Origin: an uncultured bacterium
GTDB lineage: Bacteria > Chloroflexota > UBA5177 > JANWHV01
Assembly: GCA_963827235.1 (NCBI GenBank)
Contig: CAWHAE010000014.1
Location: forward strand, 397,891 to 461,890
Direction: 5' to 3'
Length of the DNA: 64,000 nucleotides
In this document: positions 12,763-24,071 of the stretch, in pieces
Position numbering within the stretch: the stretch's first letter is position 1
Layout of the letters: each line of letters opens with the position of its first letter
Position numbers and translations under genes: made by a program
Notes under the pieces: model-generated
Told to the model about the DNA's origin: nothing
The model's database searches: none
The model's input: only the letters and a program-made list of their open reading frames with translations

Positions 12763-13380
12763 CTACGGACATCGCCGCGGCAATAGCGGTGAGACTGTTT
12801 CGATGATACGCGCCAGGACGACACCAGGTGAGCACCCGGCATCCAGAACCACCCACCGGCTGGGCTCCTGAGATGCCAGCCTCAGGAAGCCCTCTCGAAC
12901 GCGCTGGTGGAACTCCAGGCCGCGCCGATCGATAACGTTGAGATTACCCGCCAAATTGCGGCGGCGCAGACCTTCAGCCGGATCGATATCCAAAAGCAAG
13001 GTCAGGTCGGGCGCCAGCCCACCGGTAGCTAATCGATTGAGCGTCCTGATCTCTTCGACGGGCATTCCTTCGCCAAAGCCCTGGTAGGCGAGTGTGGAGT
13101 CCGTGAAGCGATCGCAGAGCACAACCGCATGCCGATCGAGCGCCGGGCGGATCACGGTGGCCACGAGCTGTGCCCGGGCGGCTTGGAAGAGGAGGAGCGA
13201 CGCGTAGCGCTCCAGCCGCTCGCTTTCCAGAAGGATCGACCGGATCCTTTCGCCAGCCGGAGTTCCCCCAGGCTCCCGCGCGGTCACCACTCGCGCCCCG
13301 CGCTCCACCAGCCATGCCTCTAGCTTCGCAAGCGCGGTCGACTTGCCGCTTCCCTCAGCACCCTCGAATGTGACGAACAT
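12763..13380 (-). CDS. tmk: thymidylate kinase
   Basis: FVTFEGAEGSGKST, REPGGT and CDRFTDSTLAYQG motifs. Confidence 0.97.
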   Translation of the reverse strand: MFVTFEGAEGSGKSTALAKLEAWLVERGARVVTAREPGGTPAGERIRSILLESERLERYASLLLFQAARAQLVATVIRPALDRHAVVLCDRFTDSTLAYQGFGEGMPVEEIRTLNRLATGGLAPDLTLLLDIDPAEGLRRRNLAGNLNVIDRRGLEFHQRVREGFLRLASQEPSRWVVLDAGCSPGVVLARIIETVSPLLPRRCP

Positions 13381-13382
13381 GA

Positions 13383-15140
13383 TCAGGAGGTTTGCACACC
13401 GGGCGGCAGGATTCGCACGCGCCGGTACGGCTCCTTGCCGTGACTGCGCGACGTCAGATTGTACCGTTCGGCCAGCCGGTGCTGCATGCGCCGAATATAC
13501 GGATTCTGGGGATTGAGGTCCACTGCGGGACCTCCCTCAAGCACCGTGTTGATGGCGTCCTCCGCCTCCTGCAGCCCTGCGGATTGCGCGTCTGTATTAG
13601 TGTCGGGCTGCGCGGACGGAACCTCGAGATTGAACATGCCGGCCAGCGCGGTCTGCATCTGCGAGCCGGTGTTGTTCTTGAGCACCCAGATGGGCTTCCC
13701 GCCGGCCTCGGCGTCGCGCAGCACCTGCGGTTTGCGGCGATAGTACGGCTTGAGCGTGAGCACGAGATCCGCATCCTGGAGTTCGCCAGCCAGTGCCACC
13801 GGAACGCGCAGCTCGCGCGCCGCCTGCTCCAGCTTCGGCCTGCTCACGCCGAACGGCAGCACGCGAATCGGCTGCAGGACGTCGGACTCGATTGCTACAC
13901 GTTGAGGAGTCTCAGCCGCCGGGGACGTGCCGTTGCGCGTCACGAAGCTGTGATTGCCCGCCATCAGGCCGCCGCCTCTGGGCGGGGCCACGCTGTTCTT
14001 ACCGTGGCCGTTGGCCCCCGCGACGTCGCGGAACACGCCGAGATCTCGCACCGAGATCGCGCCGTCGTCCGACCTCGTCCGAACCTGCGCCCCTACGGGC
14101 CGTCCAAGCAACATGGCATCGACCACTGCCGCGACGTCACTATGCACCGTGACGTGATACCAGTCCTGTATCTCCACCACGACCTGGAATGTCGGCGGCG
14201 CTTTACGCTCGAGCACCGACTTCTGGGTGCCCCGCCGCCGCGCTTCCTCGTCGCCCAGCGTTACCGTCTGGATACCGCCGATCAGATCGCTCAGGGTGGG
14301 ATTCTGCATCAGGTTCTCGAGAGTGTTGCCATGTGCGGTGCCTACCAGCTGCACGCCGCGCTCGGCGATAGTGCGAGCCGCCTGTGCCTCCAGCTCAGTG
14401 CCGATCTCGTCGATCACGATCACCTGGGGCATGTGGTTCTCCACCGCTTCGATCATCACCGCGTGCTGGCTTACCGGCGTGGCTACCTGCATGCGCCGCG
14501 CCCCGCCGATGCCCGGATGCGGAATGTCCCCATCGCCGGCGATTTCGTTGGAGGTGTCGACGATCACAACGCGTTTCTGCGCCTCGTCGGCCAGCACGCG
14601 CGCGACCTCACGCAACATGGTCGTCTTGCCTACGCCGGGACGGCCGAGCAGCAGCATGCTTTGTCCGGACTCCACGATGTCCCGGATGATGGCTATCGTC
14701 CCGGTGACGGCTCGTCCGACCCTGCACGTAAGGCCGACCACTCGACCCTTGCGGTTACGGATCGCCGAGATGCGGTGGAGCGTTCTTTCGATACCGGCGC
14801 GGTTATCTTCACCAAAGTCGCCGATCCGCTGGACGACGTATTCGATGTCGGCTGCCTCGATTACGAGGCCGTCAAGCCGGTATTCCCCTTGGCGGAGGCG
14901 GATGCTCGGCACGCGTCCGAGATCCATGACGATTTCAAGCAGATCTCCTGCTGCGGCCATCTGGTTGACCGCCACTGCGATCGCAGGGGGGAGGGCGGAG
15001 ACAAGTGCACCCAGGTCATCAGTAACCACTCGCTCTGGCTGGACGGTCAAATTGGTCATAGTACTGGTGTTCAACTTCCATACTCGACGCCAATCGATGT
15101 TGAACGACGTCGGCTCTGGTGCCGTAACGGGAGATGTCAA
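13383..15140 (-). CDS. Ycf45/SpoIIIAA-like AAA+ ATPase with C-terminal R3H domain
   Basis: GRPGVGKTT Walker A, VIVIDEIG Walker [14 protein letters not shown]3H motif; start uncertain. Confidence 0.9.
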   Translation of the reverse strand: MTSPVTAPEPTSFNIDWRRVWKLNTSTMTNLTVQPERVVTDDLGALVSALPPAIAVAVNQMAAAGDLLEIVMDLGRVPSIRLRQGEYRLDGLVIEAADIEYVVQRIGDFGEDNRAGIERTLHRISAIRNRKGRVVGLTCRVGRAVTGTIAIIRDIVESGQSMLLLGRPGVGKTTMLREVARVLADEAQKRVVIVDTSNEIAGDGDIPHPGIGGARRMQVATPVSQHAVMIEAVENHMPQVIVIDEIGTELEAQAARTIAERGVQLVGTAHGNTLENLMQNPTLSDLIGGIQTVTLGDEEARRRGTQKSVLERKAPPTFQVVVEIQDWYHVTVHSDVAAVVDAMLLGRPVGAQVRTRSDDGAISVRDLGVFRDVAGANGHGKNSVAPPRGGGLMAGNHSFVTRNGTSPAAETPQRVAIESDVLQPIRVLPFGVSRPKLEQAARELRVPVALAGELQDADLVLTLKPYYRRKPQVLRDAEAGGKPIWVLKNNTGSQMQTALAGMFNLEVPSAQPDTNTDAQSAGLQEAEDAINTVLEGGPAVDLNPQNPYIRRMQHRLAERYNLTSRSHGKEPYRRVRILPPGVQTS

Positions 15141-16119
15141 TACCCAGCCCCTGTGCCCTGATCGCTGCGACGAGCAACTGCCGCTCCGTCACGCGGGCTA
15201 CAGTGTGACGGACAAGCAACGTCTCCCGAAGACCGGCCGAGAAACCGGCCTCCAGTAGGGACGTGGACACGCCCCCATCATACTCGCGCACCTTGCAGAC
15301 GGTGGTGCAGTCCGGGTCGAGCCCAAGGTGTTCGACACCGAACCTGACCAGCTCTCCGAGCCGGCTCGCCTCCTCGGGACGCACGAGGATTTCAAGCCAC
15401 TGGAGTCCCAGCTGCCGGCGCGGCGACCATCGAATCCACCCGTGAATTCCACTGAGGTCGCCGGCGATTACCTCCCGGGGATGGCGCCATCGGCTGACCG
15501 TGGCATCGGCCACCCGGTTGCGCACGGACCATTCCTTGAGACTCCTTCCCTCTGCGTGCCGGATGAGCGCCGGCGTCACTGCGCAGTAGAGTGAGAACAC
15601 GTCCCAGGCATCGGACGGACGGCGATCCCGCACGTCCGGCGATATGGCACGTGTCGCCATCGCCAGCGAACGGAGCGCGCCATGGTAGATTACCTCGCTT
15701 GCATACGGGCGAAAGCCGCTCTCGGATAAGAGCGCCACGTTCGGGCTGTCCGCCGGCACCCGGGCGAACGTGCGTAATGCACCGCGCTGGGCGGCTACGC
15801 CGCCGACGTGATCGAGCAGATCCGCACACCCTCGTAGCCACATTTCGTCATCGCAGGCCACGCAGGCCAGGCGCACGATGTCCCATGACTCCCGCCCGGG
15901 CCGGGGTCGAGCTTGCACGAAACCACGGCACTGGTCGCCGTCGTGGAGCACCAGTGTCTGCGCACGCTTGCCAGCACCACGCCATACGGACTTCACCGCC
16001 AAGGCGAACGCCGAAGGACAGGCAACAGCGGGTAAGGGCGCGAGCACGAGCGCGTCATCATTACGGACCAGCTGTCGGATCACCAGCAGGTCTGAAAGCC
16101 GAGCCGCATGGACCCCCAT
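15019..16119 (-). CDS. hypothetical protein, probable tandem GNAT-like fold
   Basis: Long ORF with two GNAT-like ends ([17 protein letters not shown]); TGGTATAAT upstream at ~16307-16315. Confidence 0.55.
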   Translation of the reverse strand: MGVHAARLSDLLVIRQLVRNDDALVLAPLPAVACPSAFALAVKSVWRGAGKRAQTLVLHDGDQCRGFVQARPRPGRESWDIVRLACVACDDEMWLRGCADLLDHVGGVAAQRGALRTFARVPADSPNVALLSESGFRPYASEVIYHGALRSLAMATRAISPDVRDRRPSDAWDVFSLYCAVTPALIRHAEGRSLKEWSVRNRVADATVSRWRHPREVIAGDLSGIHGWIRWSPRRQLGLQWLEILVRPEEASRLGELVRFGVEHLGLDPDCTTVCKVREYDGGVSTSLLEAGFSAGLRETLLVRHTVARVTERQLLVAAIRAQGLGIDISRYGTRADVVQHRLASSMEVEHQYYDQFDRPARASGY

Positions 16120-16490
16120 CGAAGCCCCCCGACGTTACTGGCCGATGCGACGGAACACCTTCGACGTGTTCACTGCGCATATAGAATCGTAAGGCAGTGG
16201 CGGTCTCTGTTCAACATGGATGGCCCGAGCCTCCCGCCAAAATCGTCAGGTGACGGCGCCGGAAGCGCGCCGGAGGAAGACCATGGAGAGCATCTCAACT
16301 GCTACGATTATACCACAGGTCCCATTTTACGCCGGACCGCGACGGTGCTCCGAACTCGCCTGCGGTCGTCGCGGATCGGTGCCAGCGCGGCGACTGTGCG
16401 GCGCCGATCGCGTGCCCGTCGCTTGAGGTGGACGGAGCGGTCGGTACGGCCTGGCTTGGTGTGCGGCATGCAATTCGTGAAGGGGAGTCT

Positions 16491-17681
16491 ATGTCGGGAA
16501 CCCGTCCTGCTCTCATGGTCGCCCAATCCGGGGGTCCCACGGCAGCCATCAACGCGAGCCTCGCGGGCGTGGTGGAGACGGCCATCGCCTCACCGAGAGT
16601 TGGCAGCGTCTTCGGCGCTCGGTTCGGCGTCGAGGGCCTGTTGCGGCGAGACGTCATCGACCTGGGAATCGTTAGTCGAGACATCTGGCCGCGCATTAAG
16701 CTGACTCCCTCCGCCGCCCTCGGCTCGTGTCGGCGCCGAGTGACGGGCTCGGAGCATGAACAGATCCTGGAGACGCTGGTTGCTCTCGACGTGCACTTTC
16801 TGCTCTACATCGGAGGCAATGACTCGGCGGACACGGCGCAGGTGCTCGATCGCGCCGCTAGAGAGCGTTCCTACGACCTGCGCGTGATCTCCGTGCCCAA
16901 GACAATCGACAATGACCTTCCCGGCACCGACCATTGTCCGGGCTACGGTAGCGCCGCGCGCTATCTTGCACAGTCCACCCAGGACGCTGGGCTCGACACG
17001 CAGGCAATGCGCCTGACGGATCCGATCAAGATCATCGAGGTCATGGGACGCGACGCCGGTTGGCTGGTGGCGTCGTCGGCTCTCGGCAAGCTTGACGATC
17101 CCGATCCGCCTCACTTGCTCTGCGTGCCTGAACGCCCGCTCGATGTCGACTCGTTCGCCGCCAGCGTGGAGGCGATGTACAAGCGCCACGGATACGTCGT
17201 GGCAGTGGTGGCCGAGACCATAAGGGACCCGCACGGCAGGCCGATAGGCAGCCTTCACGAGGTACAGCAGGTCGATGCTTTCGGGCACGCGGTCATTCAG
17301 GGAACGGCTGCGTCCCTAGTGTCGATCCTAGGTAGTCGGCTAGGCCTGAAGGCTCGCTTCGATAAGCCGGGTACGCTGCAACGCATGTCTGGTGCGCTGC
17401 AGTCGCCGGTGGACATCGAAGAGGCGTATGCTGCCGGCGCTGCCGCAGTCCGGCTGGCCCTCGAGGGAACCAGCGGCAAGATGGTCGGCTTTCGCCGCGT
17501 GCCCGGGCCCGCCTATCAGTGCGAGATCGTGGAAGTTGATCTCGGCGAGGTTGCCAATCGGCATCGCGTGCTTCCCGCCGAGTTTCTCGGCGAGGATCCA
17601 TTCGGCGTCGCGGCCGCCTTCGTCGACTATGCTCGTCCGCTCATCGGCCCCCCGCTGCTGCCCTATGCCCGCCTTCCCTGA
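16491..17681 (+). CDS. 6-phosphofructokinase, probably PPi-dependent
   Basis: AQSGGPTAAIN, IGGNDS, PKTIDND and EVMGRDAGW motifs. Confidence 0.93.
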   Translation: MSGTRPALMVAQSGGPTAAINASLAGVVETAIASPRVGSVFGARFGVEGLLRRDVIDLGIVSRDIWPRIKLTPSAALGSCRRRVTGSEHEQILETLVALDVHFLLYIGGNDSADTAQVLDRAARERSYDLRVISVPKTIDNDLPGTDHCPGYGSAARYLAQSTQDAGLDTQAMRLTDPIKIIEVMGRDAGWLVASSALGKLDDPDPPHLLCVPERPLDVDSFAASVEAMYKRHGYVVAVVAETIRDPHGRPIGSLHEVQQVDAFGHAVIQGTAASLVSILGSRLGLKARFDKPGTLQRMSGALQSPVDIEEAYAAGAAAVRLALEGTSGKMVGFRRVPGPAYQCEIVEVDLGEVANRHRVLPAEFLGEDPFGVAAAFVDYARPLIGPPLLPYARLP

Positions 17682-17849
17682 GCTTCGCGTCCGGGACGCC
17701 GAAACGCCCAATGGGACGATAAGGACCGGCTGCGTGCGTTTGCCCCGCTCGATCACGGGTGGGTACAATGGAGGCGCCAAATCCGCCGGGGCCCCGAGAG
17801 CAGGCAACAACCGGCGGCGCCTTCAACGGAGCGGAGGGAGTGCAGCAGG

Positions 17850-18206
17850 GTGAACATCTACGACCAACTGCACGATATTCGTGATGAGCTCGAACGTCGA
17901 GGCGCAAACAGCGCTACGCTCAGCGTACTGGACAAGCTGATCGCGCAGGCCGAGCCGGAACGAGAGAACCCGCTGTCCGTCTCACAGTCCATGATGTTTA
18001 GGCATCTGCTCAGACAGCGAGACGTACTCAACAACTCGGTCGTTGAAATGGACATTCTCTCGCTGGCAGGCGACTTTGACGAGCAGCGGCCGGCGAGGCG
18101 AGACGAAGACATGCCAGACGCGACCGACGATGCGGACACGCGTCCACAGCACACGCGGACTTACTACAAGAAGCTCAAGGATCGCCAGCGCCGTACCATG
18201 CCCTGA
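17850..18206 (+). CDS. hypothetical protein
   Basis: GGAGGGAG RBS; TTGCCC-N18-TACAAT promoter-like element at 17740-17769. Confidence 0.65.
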   Translation: MNIYDQLHDIRDELERRGANSATLSVLDKLIAQAEPERENPLSVSQSMMFRHLLRQRDVLNNSVVEMDILSLAGDFDEQRPARRDEDMPDATDDADTRPQHTRTYYKKLKDRQRRTMP

Positions 18207-18424
18207 GGCCGTACCCGGCCGCAAAGCGGAGTATTGGCGTTGAGCCACCACGTGGCTGCCGCCCCAGCCCTCCTGGCCCGTGTGCTCCCCGACCTCGCTG
18301 CCGCGCAAGCTAGTTGCTGCCGGGCCTGCTCCGAAAGCACGCGCAGTGATCGGAATACTGCGACCGAGCCACACGCATCGACGGCGGCCGGCGGTAGCTC
18401 CGGCGCGACCAGCGGCCGCCCGGG

Positions 18425-18772
18425 CTAACTGGGCTTCGACGGAGTGGCGGCCGGTTGCACCGCCGAGCTCTTCGTGGAGCTATCGCTGGACGAAGTGCTC
18501 GAAGCCGCGGCGCCACTCGAGGCGGCATCGCTCGCTGGCTTGGCCGCGGCGGTCCCACTGCTGCTCTCACCTGGTGGCACACTCGCTGAGCTCGTGCTCC
18601 GGCTATCGGTCTTGTAGAAACCGCTGCCCTTGAACACGATGCCCACGGGCTGAATAACCCGTCGCACTCGTCCGGAACACTCTGGGCACACGCTCAGCGG
18701 ATCGTCGCCGAAGCGCTGCCTCACTTCGAAGCCGTGGCCACACGTTTCACACGCATACACATATAGGGGCAT
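18425..18772 (-). CDS. FmdB family zinc-ribbon protein
   Basis: MPLYVYACETC...CPEC...IVFKGSGFYKTD with Ser/Ala-rich tail. Confidence 0.93.
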   Translation of the reverse strand: MPLYVYACETCGHGFEVRQRFGDDPLSVCPECSGRVRRVIQPVGIVFKGSGFYKTDSRSTSSASVPPGESSSGTAAAKPASDAASSGAAASSTSSSDSSTKSSAVQPAATPSKPS

Positions 18773-18961
18773 CAGGACTCTCCAGGGTCATCTTGGTAAG
18801 CACGCAGGCGAGCGCACTCGGCCTGCCGACTATACTTGATTGTAGTGTACCCAGAAACGCGAACCGGCAGCAGCACGAAGCGTTCCGGCGGCGTGCCGGC
18901 AACATGCCGTAATGCTATACTTTGGCAGGTCAATCGCACGGCGTCGGGAAAGGTTATTACC

Positions 18962-19663
18962 GTGCATCTTGCTATCCCACTGGCCTTCGTGGCACCCACC
19001 TTCGGTGATCACACGATTACGCAGATCGTCGACATCATCCTTGCGCTGCTGATCGCTATCGACTTACACGAGCTGGCGCATGCGCTCGTCGCCACGTACC
19101 TGGGTGACGACACGCCTCGACTGGCGGGTCATATCTCGCTCAACCCGTTCCGCCACATGGACCAGTTCGGCATTGTGTTGCTGGTGCTCATGGCGGTAAG
19201 CGGGTACGGCTTCGCGTACGGATTTACACCGGTCAATGAGAACGCGCTTCGTCGCCGCACCAGATTTGGCCCGGCATTGGTCGCCGCGGCCGGTCCGATC
19301 GCCAATTTGCTGACGGCCTTCGTGCTCGCTTTTCCACTGAAGAATGCCATTGACGCGACGATCAATAATGGCGTGGACCTTGCCCTCCTCGGCAATGCCG
19401 AGCTGTTCAATTTCGTGGCGGAGCTCTTCCTTGTCAGCGTGCTGCTCTTCGTGTTCAACCTGATACCGGTGCCGCCGCTTGACGGGTGGACCGTCTTCTC
19501 CGCTTTCTTGACGCGCAAGACCCTCTACGAGCTTCGATCGTTCATCCAGTACGGGCCGATGATCCTGCTGATCGTGTTCATCTTCAATCCGTACTTGCAC
19601 ATTCTCGACAACACGATCTTTCCCTTGCAGCAGTGGCTGGGAGATCAGCTGCTCCGGCTATGA
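18962..19663 (+). CDS. site-2 protease family (M50) protein
   Basis: HELAH, AGPIAN and FNLIPVPPLDG motifs. Confidence 0.92.
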   Translation: MHLAIPLAFVAPTFGDHTITQIVDIILALLIAIDLHELAHALVATYLGDDTPRLAGHISLNPFRHMDQFGIVLLVLMAVSGYGFAYGFTPVNENALRRRTRFGPALVAAAGPIANLLTAFVLAFPLKNAIDATINNGVDLALLGNAELFNFVAELFLVSVLLFVFNLIPVPPLDGWTVFSAFLTRKTLYELRSFIQYGPMILLIVFIFNPYLHILDNTIFPLQQWLGDQLLRL

Positions 19664-20400
19664 CCTCAAGCCTCGGCGCCTTGCACCTGAGACTAGACGA
19701 CTTCGAGGGACCACTACCGCTACTTCTCCACCTGATCGAGAACAACGAGCTCGAGATCACGCGGGTTTCGGTGGCCGCCGTGGCCGATCAGTTTCTGGCC
19801 CTGATGGCAGGGCACGGGTCCATGGAGCTGGCGACCACGGGTGAGTTCGTGTCCGCGGCTGCCAGGCTCTTGCTCATCAAGTCCAGAGCGCTTCTGCTGA
19901 GGCGGGACCCGGCGACCGACGAGCGCGACGAGCTGGATGACGCGGAGGCGCTGGCGCGGCAGATCGCCGAATACGCGCGCTTCAAGCGCGTCGCGCTAGC
20001 GCTCGCGGAGAGACTGGAAGGCGACGCGGAGACGCGCGCCCGTCTACCCTCCCCACGACCCGTGGCGCTGCCGGCGAATCCGGCGAAGATTCAGGCCGGC
20101 AGCCTGCTCCGGGCGGCTCGCAGGTTGCTCGTGGAACCAAGCCCCAGCGCCCAGGAAGCGGGACCGTGGTCCGAAGTGACATTCAGCGAGGTGAAAGCTG
20201 TCCTCCTGGCAGAGATGAACAAGGTCGGGCAGACGAGCTTTGGCGCGCTGAGTGCCACGGTCCGGCATCCACTCATCGTGATCACGATGTTTCTAGCACT
20301 CCTGGATGCCGTGAGAGCGCAGCAACTGTGCATGGCGCAGGAAGAGCCCTTCGGCCCCATTTCCGTGTCGCTGGCGGGCGTGTCGGCGTCTCATGCTTGA
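19660..20400 (+). CDS. scpA: segregation and condensation protein A
   Basis: FEGPLPLLLHLI, LLLIKSRALL, FLALLD and QEEPFGPI motifs. Confidence 0.93.
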   Translation: MTSSLGALHLRLDDFEGPLPLLLHLIENNELEITRVSVAAVADQFLALMAGHGSMELATTGEFVSAAARLLLIKSRALLLRRDPATDERDELDDAEALARQIAEYARFKRVALALAERLEGDAETRARLPSPRPVALPANPAKIQAGSLLRAARRLLVEPSPSAQEAGPWSEVTFSEVKAVLLAEMNKVGQTSFGALSATVRHPLIVITMFLALLDAVRAQQLCMAQEEPFGPISVSLAGVSASHA

Positions 20401-20908
20401 CGCAGACGTGCGCGTGGTCGAGGCGCTCTTGTTGCTCGCAGCCGATCCGGTCGACGTCGCCGCCCTGGCGGCAGCGGCCGCGATTCCCGAGGCACGCGCG
20501 CTCGGTTGCCTCGATGAGCTCGAGCGCGGCTACATGACAGACGGCAGGGGGATGCGGCTCGAACGCAGCCGCTCCGGTGTCCGCCTGGTCACCGCGCCGG
20601 ATACCGGTCCTGCAGTGGCCCGCTTCCAGGGGCTCGACCGCAAGCCGAAGCTGTCGTCGGCGGCCCAGGACGCCCTGGCCATCGTGGCCTACCGCCAACC
20701 AGTGACGCGCTCAACCGTCGAAAGGATCCGTGGCGTCGGCAGCGAGCACGTGCTCACGGTGCTCCTTAATGCGGGCCTGATCGAGGAGGTCGGCCGAGCC
20801 GACGCGCTGGGAAGGCCGGTGCTCTATGGAACGACGCCGTCGTTCCTGGAAGCAACCGGCCTCACCTCGCTCGATGATCTGCCGCCGCTGGAGGAGTCTA
20901 CTCCCTGA
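20393..20908 (+). CDS. scpB: SMC-Scp complex subunit ScpB
   Basis: LAIVAYRQPVTR, IRGV and GRPVLYGTT motifs. Confidence 0.95.
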   Translation: MLDADVRVVEALLLLAADPVDVAALAAAAAIPEARALGCLDELERGYMTDGRGMRLERSRSGVRLVTAPDTGPAVARFQGLDRKPKLSSAAQDALAIVAYRQPVTRSTVERIRGVGSEHVLTVLLNAGLIEEVGRADALGRPVLYGTTPSFLEATGLTSLDDLPPLEESTP

Positions 20909-20923
20909 AGCCCAACGCTCCCA

Positions 20924-21322
20924 CTAGCGCTTGGTGTATTGCGGTGCCTTGCGGGCGCGCTTGAGACCGTACTTCTTCCGCTCTTTGACGCGCGAATCAC
21001 GCGTGAGGAAGCCATTTCGTCGCATCACAGGGCGCAACGCTTCGTCCATGCGCACCAGCGCACGTGCCACACCGTGCCTGATCGCGCCGGCCTGTCCGGC
21101 GTGCCCGCCGCCCACGACCTTCACGATTACATTGTAGGCCACCGGAAGTGCTGCTTCGGCGAGCGGTGCCCGCACGATGGCTTCCAGCGCCGGGCGTCCG
21201 AAGTAATCGGCCGCCGACTTGTTGTTTACGACGACGCGCCCGTCTCCCGCCATGAGCTTGACACGTGCGACGGCGCATTTGCGGCGGCCGAGGCCGTAGT
21301 GATACTGAATTGCGTCAGCCAT
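20924..21322 (-). CDS. rpsI: 30S ribosomal protein S9
   Basis: GRRK, ERKKYGLKRARKAPQYTKR. Confidence 0.98.
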   Translation of the reverse strand: MADAIQYHYGLGRRKCAVARVKLMAGDGRVVVNNKSAADYFGRPALEAIVRAPLAEAALPVAYNVIVKVVGGGHAGQAGAIRHGVARALVRMDEALRPVMRRNGFLTRDSRVKERKKYGLKRARKAPQYTKR

Positions 21323-21342
21323 TCCTGCCCTACTTCCCCCTC

Positions 21343-21807
21343 TTACCGCGACCGCTTCGTGGCCCGGCCGGCGTCGAGTACCAGTGCGATGTCCTGAGGC
21401 ACCTGACCCTCGTGCGGATGGCCGTCCCCTGCGTATACCCTCAGCTTGCTGGCCATCGCATCGCCGAGCTTGTTCCTCGGCAGCATGCCGCGAACGGCAG
21501 CCTCGATTACGCGCTCCGGGTGCGTATCGAGCATGCGCTGCAGGCTCGTTGCCCGCAGGCCGCCCGGAAACCCAGAATGCGAATAGTAGGTCTTCTTGGT
21601 CAAGCGTTGACCCGTCACCGCTATCTTCTCCGCGTTGATCACAATCACGTGATCGCCGACGTCGATGTCCGGACTGACGATGGGCTTGTGCTTGCCGCGC
21701 AATACGAACGCGACGTCAGACGCAAGGCGCCCAAGCACCTTGCCGGAAGCGTCGATGGTGTACCACTTCCGCTCGATCTCGTTTACTTTCACAACATGCG
21801 TTGCCAT
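21343..21807 (-). CDS. rplM: 50S ribosomal protein L13
   Basis: IDASGKVLGRLAS, LRGKHKP. Confidence 0.97.
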   Translation of the reverse strand: MATHVVKVNEIERKWYTIDASGKVLGRLASDVAFVLRGKHKPIVSPDIDVGDHVIVINAEKIAVTGQRLTKKTYYSHSGFPGGLRATSLQRMLDTHPERVIEAAVRGMLPRNKLGDAMASKLRVYAGDGHPHEGQVPQDIALVLDAGRATKRSR

Positions 21808-21856
21808 CCGCGACTCCTTCAGCCTCACGCCGAGAGACTCTACCCGCCCGCCTCGC

Positions 21857-22633
21857 TCAATAGCGGACACGTACAAGATACAGACCATGTGCCGGCACCG
21901 CCGGACCCGCTACTATCGATCGATCGCCGCGCAGCAGCGAAGTGATAGCGTGCTTCACTAACGAGCCGCTCCCTATCCTCAAGAGTGTGCCAACCACCAT
22001 GCGTACCATGTGACGGAGAAAGGCGTCAGCCACGAAGCGGAACTGCACGAAGCGCGCACGTTTCCAGCACGCGGCATCGTACATGGTGCGCACCGTCCCG
22101 CCCTTGACTTCAGTCGCCTGCGATGGACTCGCGCTCTCTCGGCTGTGCACCATCGGCCCGCCGAAGGCGGCGAAATCGTGTCGGCCGCAGAGCGAGCCCG
22201 CGGCTTCATTCATGCGATCGACGTCTAGAGCCCCGGACACGTGGTAGGCTCGCATGCGCAGCAGCGGAGATTGGACCTGGCAATTCTCCACGACGTAGCG
22301 ATACTCGCGGCTTACCGCATTGAAGCGGGCATGGAAGGCCGGCTCCGCGTCCTGCAACTCACGTATTCGCACCGCCGCCGGAAGATTGGCGTTCACCGCG
22401 CGCTCCAGCACTTGCACGTGTAGGCCCGAGTCGGTGCCGAAGTGAACCACCTGTCCGATCGCGTGCACGCCGGCATCAGTCCTTCCGGCGCCCACGACGA
22501 GCACCGGTTGGCTGGTCACGGTACCGACTGCGGACTCCAATGCACCTTGAACCGTCTGTCTCTCCGGCTGCCGCTGAAAGCCGGCGAAGGCAGTTCCGTC
22601 ATATTCCACCAGGCAGCGCAACAATCTCGTCAT
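21857..22633 (-). CDS. truA: tRNA pseudouridine(38-40) synthase
   Basis: YDGTAFAGFQ, AGRTDAGVHA, FLRHMVR. Confidence 0.96.
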   Translation of the reverse strand: MTRLLRCLVEYDGTAFAGFQRQPERQTVQGALESAVGTVTSQPVLVVGAGRTDAGVHAIGQVVHFGTDSGLHVQVLERAVNANLPAAVRIRELQDAEPAFHARFNAVSREYRYVVENCQVQSPLLRMRAYHVSGALDVDRMNEAAGSLCGRHDFAAFGGPMVHSRESASPSQATEVKGGTVRTMYDAACWKRARFVQFRFVADAFLRHMVRMVVGTLLRIGSGSLVKHAITSLLRGDRSIVAGPAVPAHGLYLVRVRY

Positions 22634-22983
22634 TCAACCAGTTCGATGACTGCCATCGGCGCGGCATCGCCGAACCGCGGCCCAAGCTTCACCACGCGAG
22701 TATAGCCGCCCGGCCGGCTCTTCATCTTGGGACCGATCTCGCTGAACAACCGCTCAACCGCTGCCTTGTCCGGAAGGTCGGAGAGCGCCAGCCTGCGGTG
22801 ATGAACGCTCGGGTCACGCGCCAGTGTGATTAGCTTCTCGGCTGTCGGTCGAATTGCCTTGGCTTTAGCATGTGTCGTCGTGATGCGGCCCTTCATGAAG
22901 AGTGCCGCCACCAAGGCACGATACAGCGCGATGCGCTGGTTGGTGGGCCGCCCGAACTTGTGGCCCGCGCGTAGATGCCTCAC
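22630..22983 (-). CDS. rplQ: 50S ribosomal protein L17
   Basis: RPGGYTR..K...R.GDAAPMA. Confidence 0.97.
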   Translation of the reverse strand: MRHLRAGHKFGRPTNQRIALYRALVAALFMKGRITTTHAKAKAIRPTAEKLITLARDPSVHHRRLALSDLPDKAAVERLFSEIGPKMKSRPGGYTRVVKLGPRFGDAAPMAVIELVE

Positions 22984-23996
22984 TATTCGTCCTCCTCCTC
23001 ATCCAGGTCGCCGAGCAAGCCGCCGGATCCAGAGGACTGCAAGAGTGGGCTATTGCTCGCTTCGGACAGCAGATTGTTGGCCGCAAGGCGATCCTTCAGC
23101 TCGTCCAGCGACTTCTTGCCAAAGTTGCGCACGGCGAGTAGCTCATCCTCAGACATCTCGAGTACCTCGCCGACCTTCGAGATGTTCGCCCGCTTGAGCG
23201 AGTTGTAGGCACGCGGTGTGAGCTCGAGCTTCTCGATCGGCATGTCGTAGATGTGAGAAGGAAGCGAGCCCCCTGCCGGCGTCTTTGCCGCCGCGGTGGC
23301 GTCGACTTTGCCGAAGCCCGCCACTTGCTCGAAATGCTGTCGCAAGATCTCCGCGCTCTGCGTGAGCGCGGTGCTGGGATCCATGGTGCCGTCGGTCCAG
23401 ATCTCCAGGACCAAGCGCTCGAAGTTCGTCATTGGCCCGACGCGTTTGCGCTCGATGACGTAATTGACGCGGCGGATAGGGCTGAACACGGCATCGATCG
23501 GTATGGTTCCGATCTCCGTGCTCTCGTTGAGATCGGTAGGTAGATACCGCTTGCCGCGTTCGACAATCATCTCGGCGTGCAGTGTGGCGTCATCCCCGTC
23601 GAGGGTCGCCAGATATTGCTCAGGATTGACTACCTCGATATCCGCCGGAACCAGCAGATCCTTGGCCAGGATTTCACCGGCTCCGCGCATGTCGAGCTCG
23701 ATTGACACCGGCTGCTCGCTGAACGACTTGAGACGTACTTTCTTGAGGTTGAGCACGAACTCCGTCACGTCCTCGCGAACGTGCGGGATATCGGTGAACT
23801 CGTGAAGGACGCCGTCAATCTTGACCGAGGTGACGGCCGCTCCCCAGAGAGAGGACAGCAGGATTCGCCGCAGTGCGTTGCCTAGCGTGACACCGTAGCC
23901 CTCCTCGAGCGGCGAGATCTCGAAGCGGCCGTGAGTCGGCCCCAGCTTCGTAGCTTCTATGTTGAACGGAGACGGAGCGGTATTGCCATCCAACAA
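22983..23996 (-). CDS. rpoA: RNA polymerase subunit alpha
   Basis: PLEEGYGVTLGNALRRILLS, RNFGKKSL; TTG start after GGAGGG RBS. Confidence 0.97.
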   Translation of the reverse strand: MLDGNTAPSPFNIEATKLGPTHGRFEISPLEEGYGVTLGNALRRILLSSLWGAAVTSVKIDGVLHEFTDIPHVREDVTEFVLNLKKVRLKSFSEQPVSIELDMRGAGEILAKDLLVPADIEVVNPEQYLATLDGDDATLHAEMIVERGKRYLPTDLNESTEIGTIPIDAVFSPIRRVNYVIERKRVGPMTNFERLVLEIWTDGTMDPSTALTQSAEILRQHFEQVAGFGKVDATAAAKTPAGGSLPSHIYDMPIEKLELTPRAYNSLKRANISKVGEVLEMSEDELLAVRNFGKKSLDELKDRLAANNLLSEASNSPLLQSSGSGGLLGDLDEEEDE

Positions 23997-24071
23997 CGGA
24001 CGTACCCTCCCTGACTCGTTGAAGGCCTTGGAGGCCAGGCTGTCTGATGCTATCAAGGGCGCTACCTTCGA

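Noticed and set aside
18797-18830. CIRCE (HrcA) operator upstream of the FmdB-family gene
   Set aside because: Only half-site-like words (TAAGCACGC, GCACTC); no inverted pair with a 9-nt spacer
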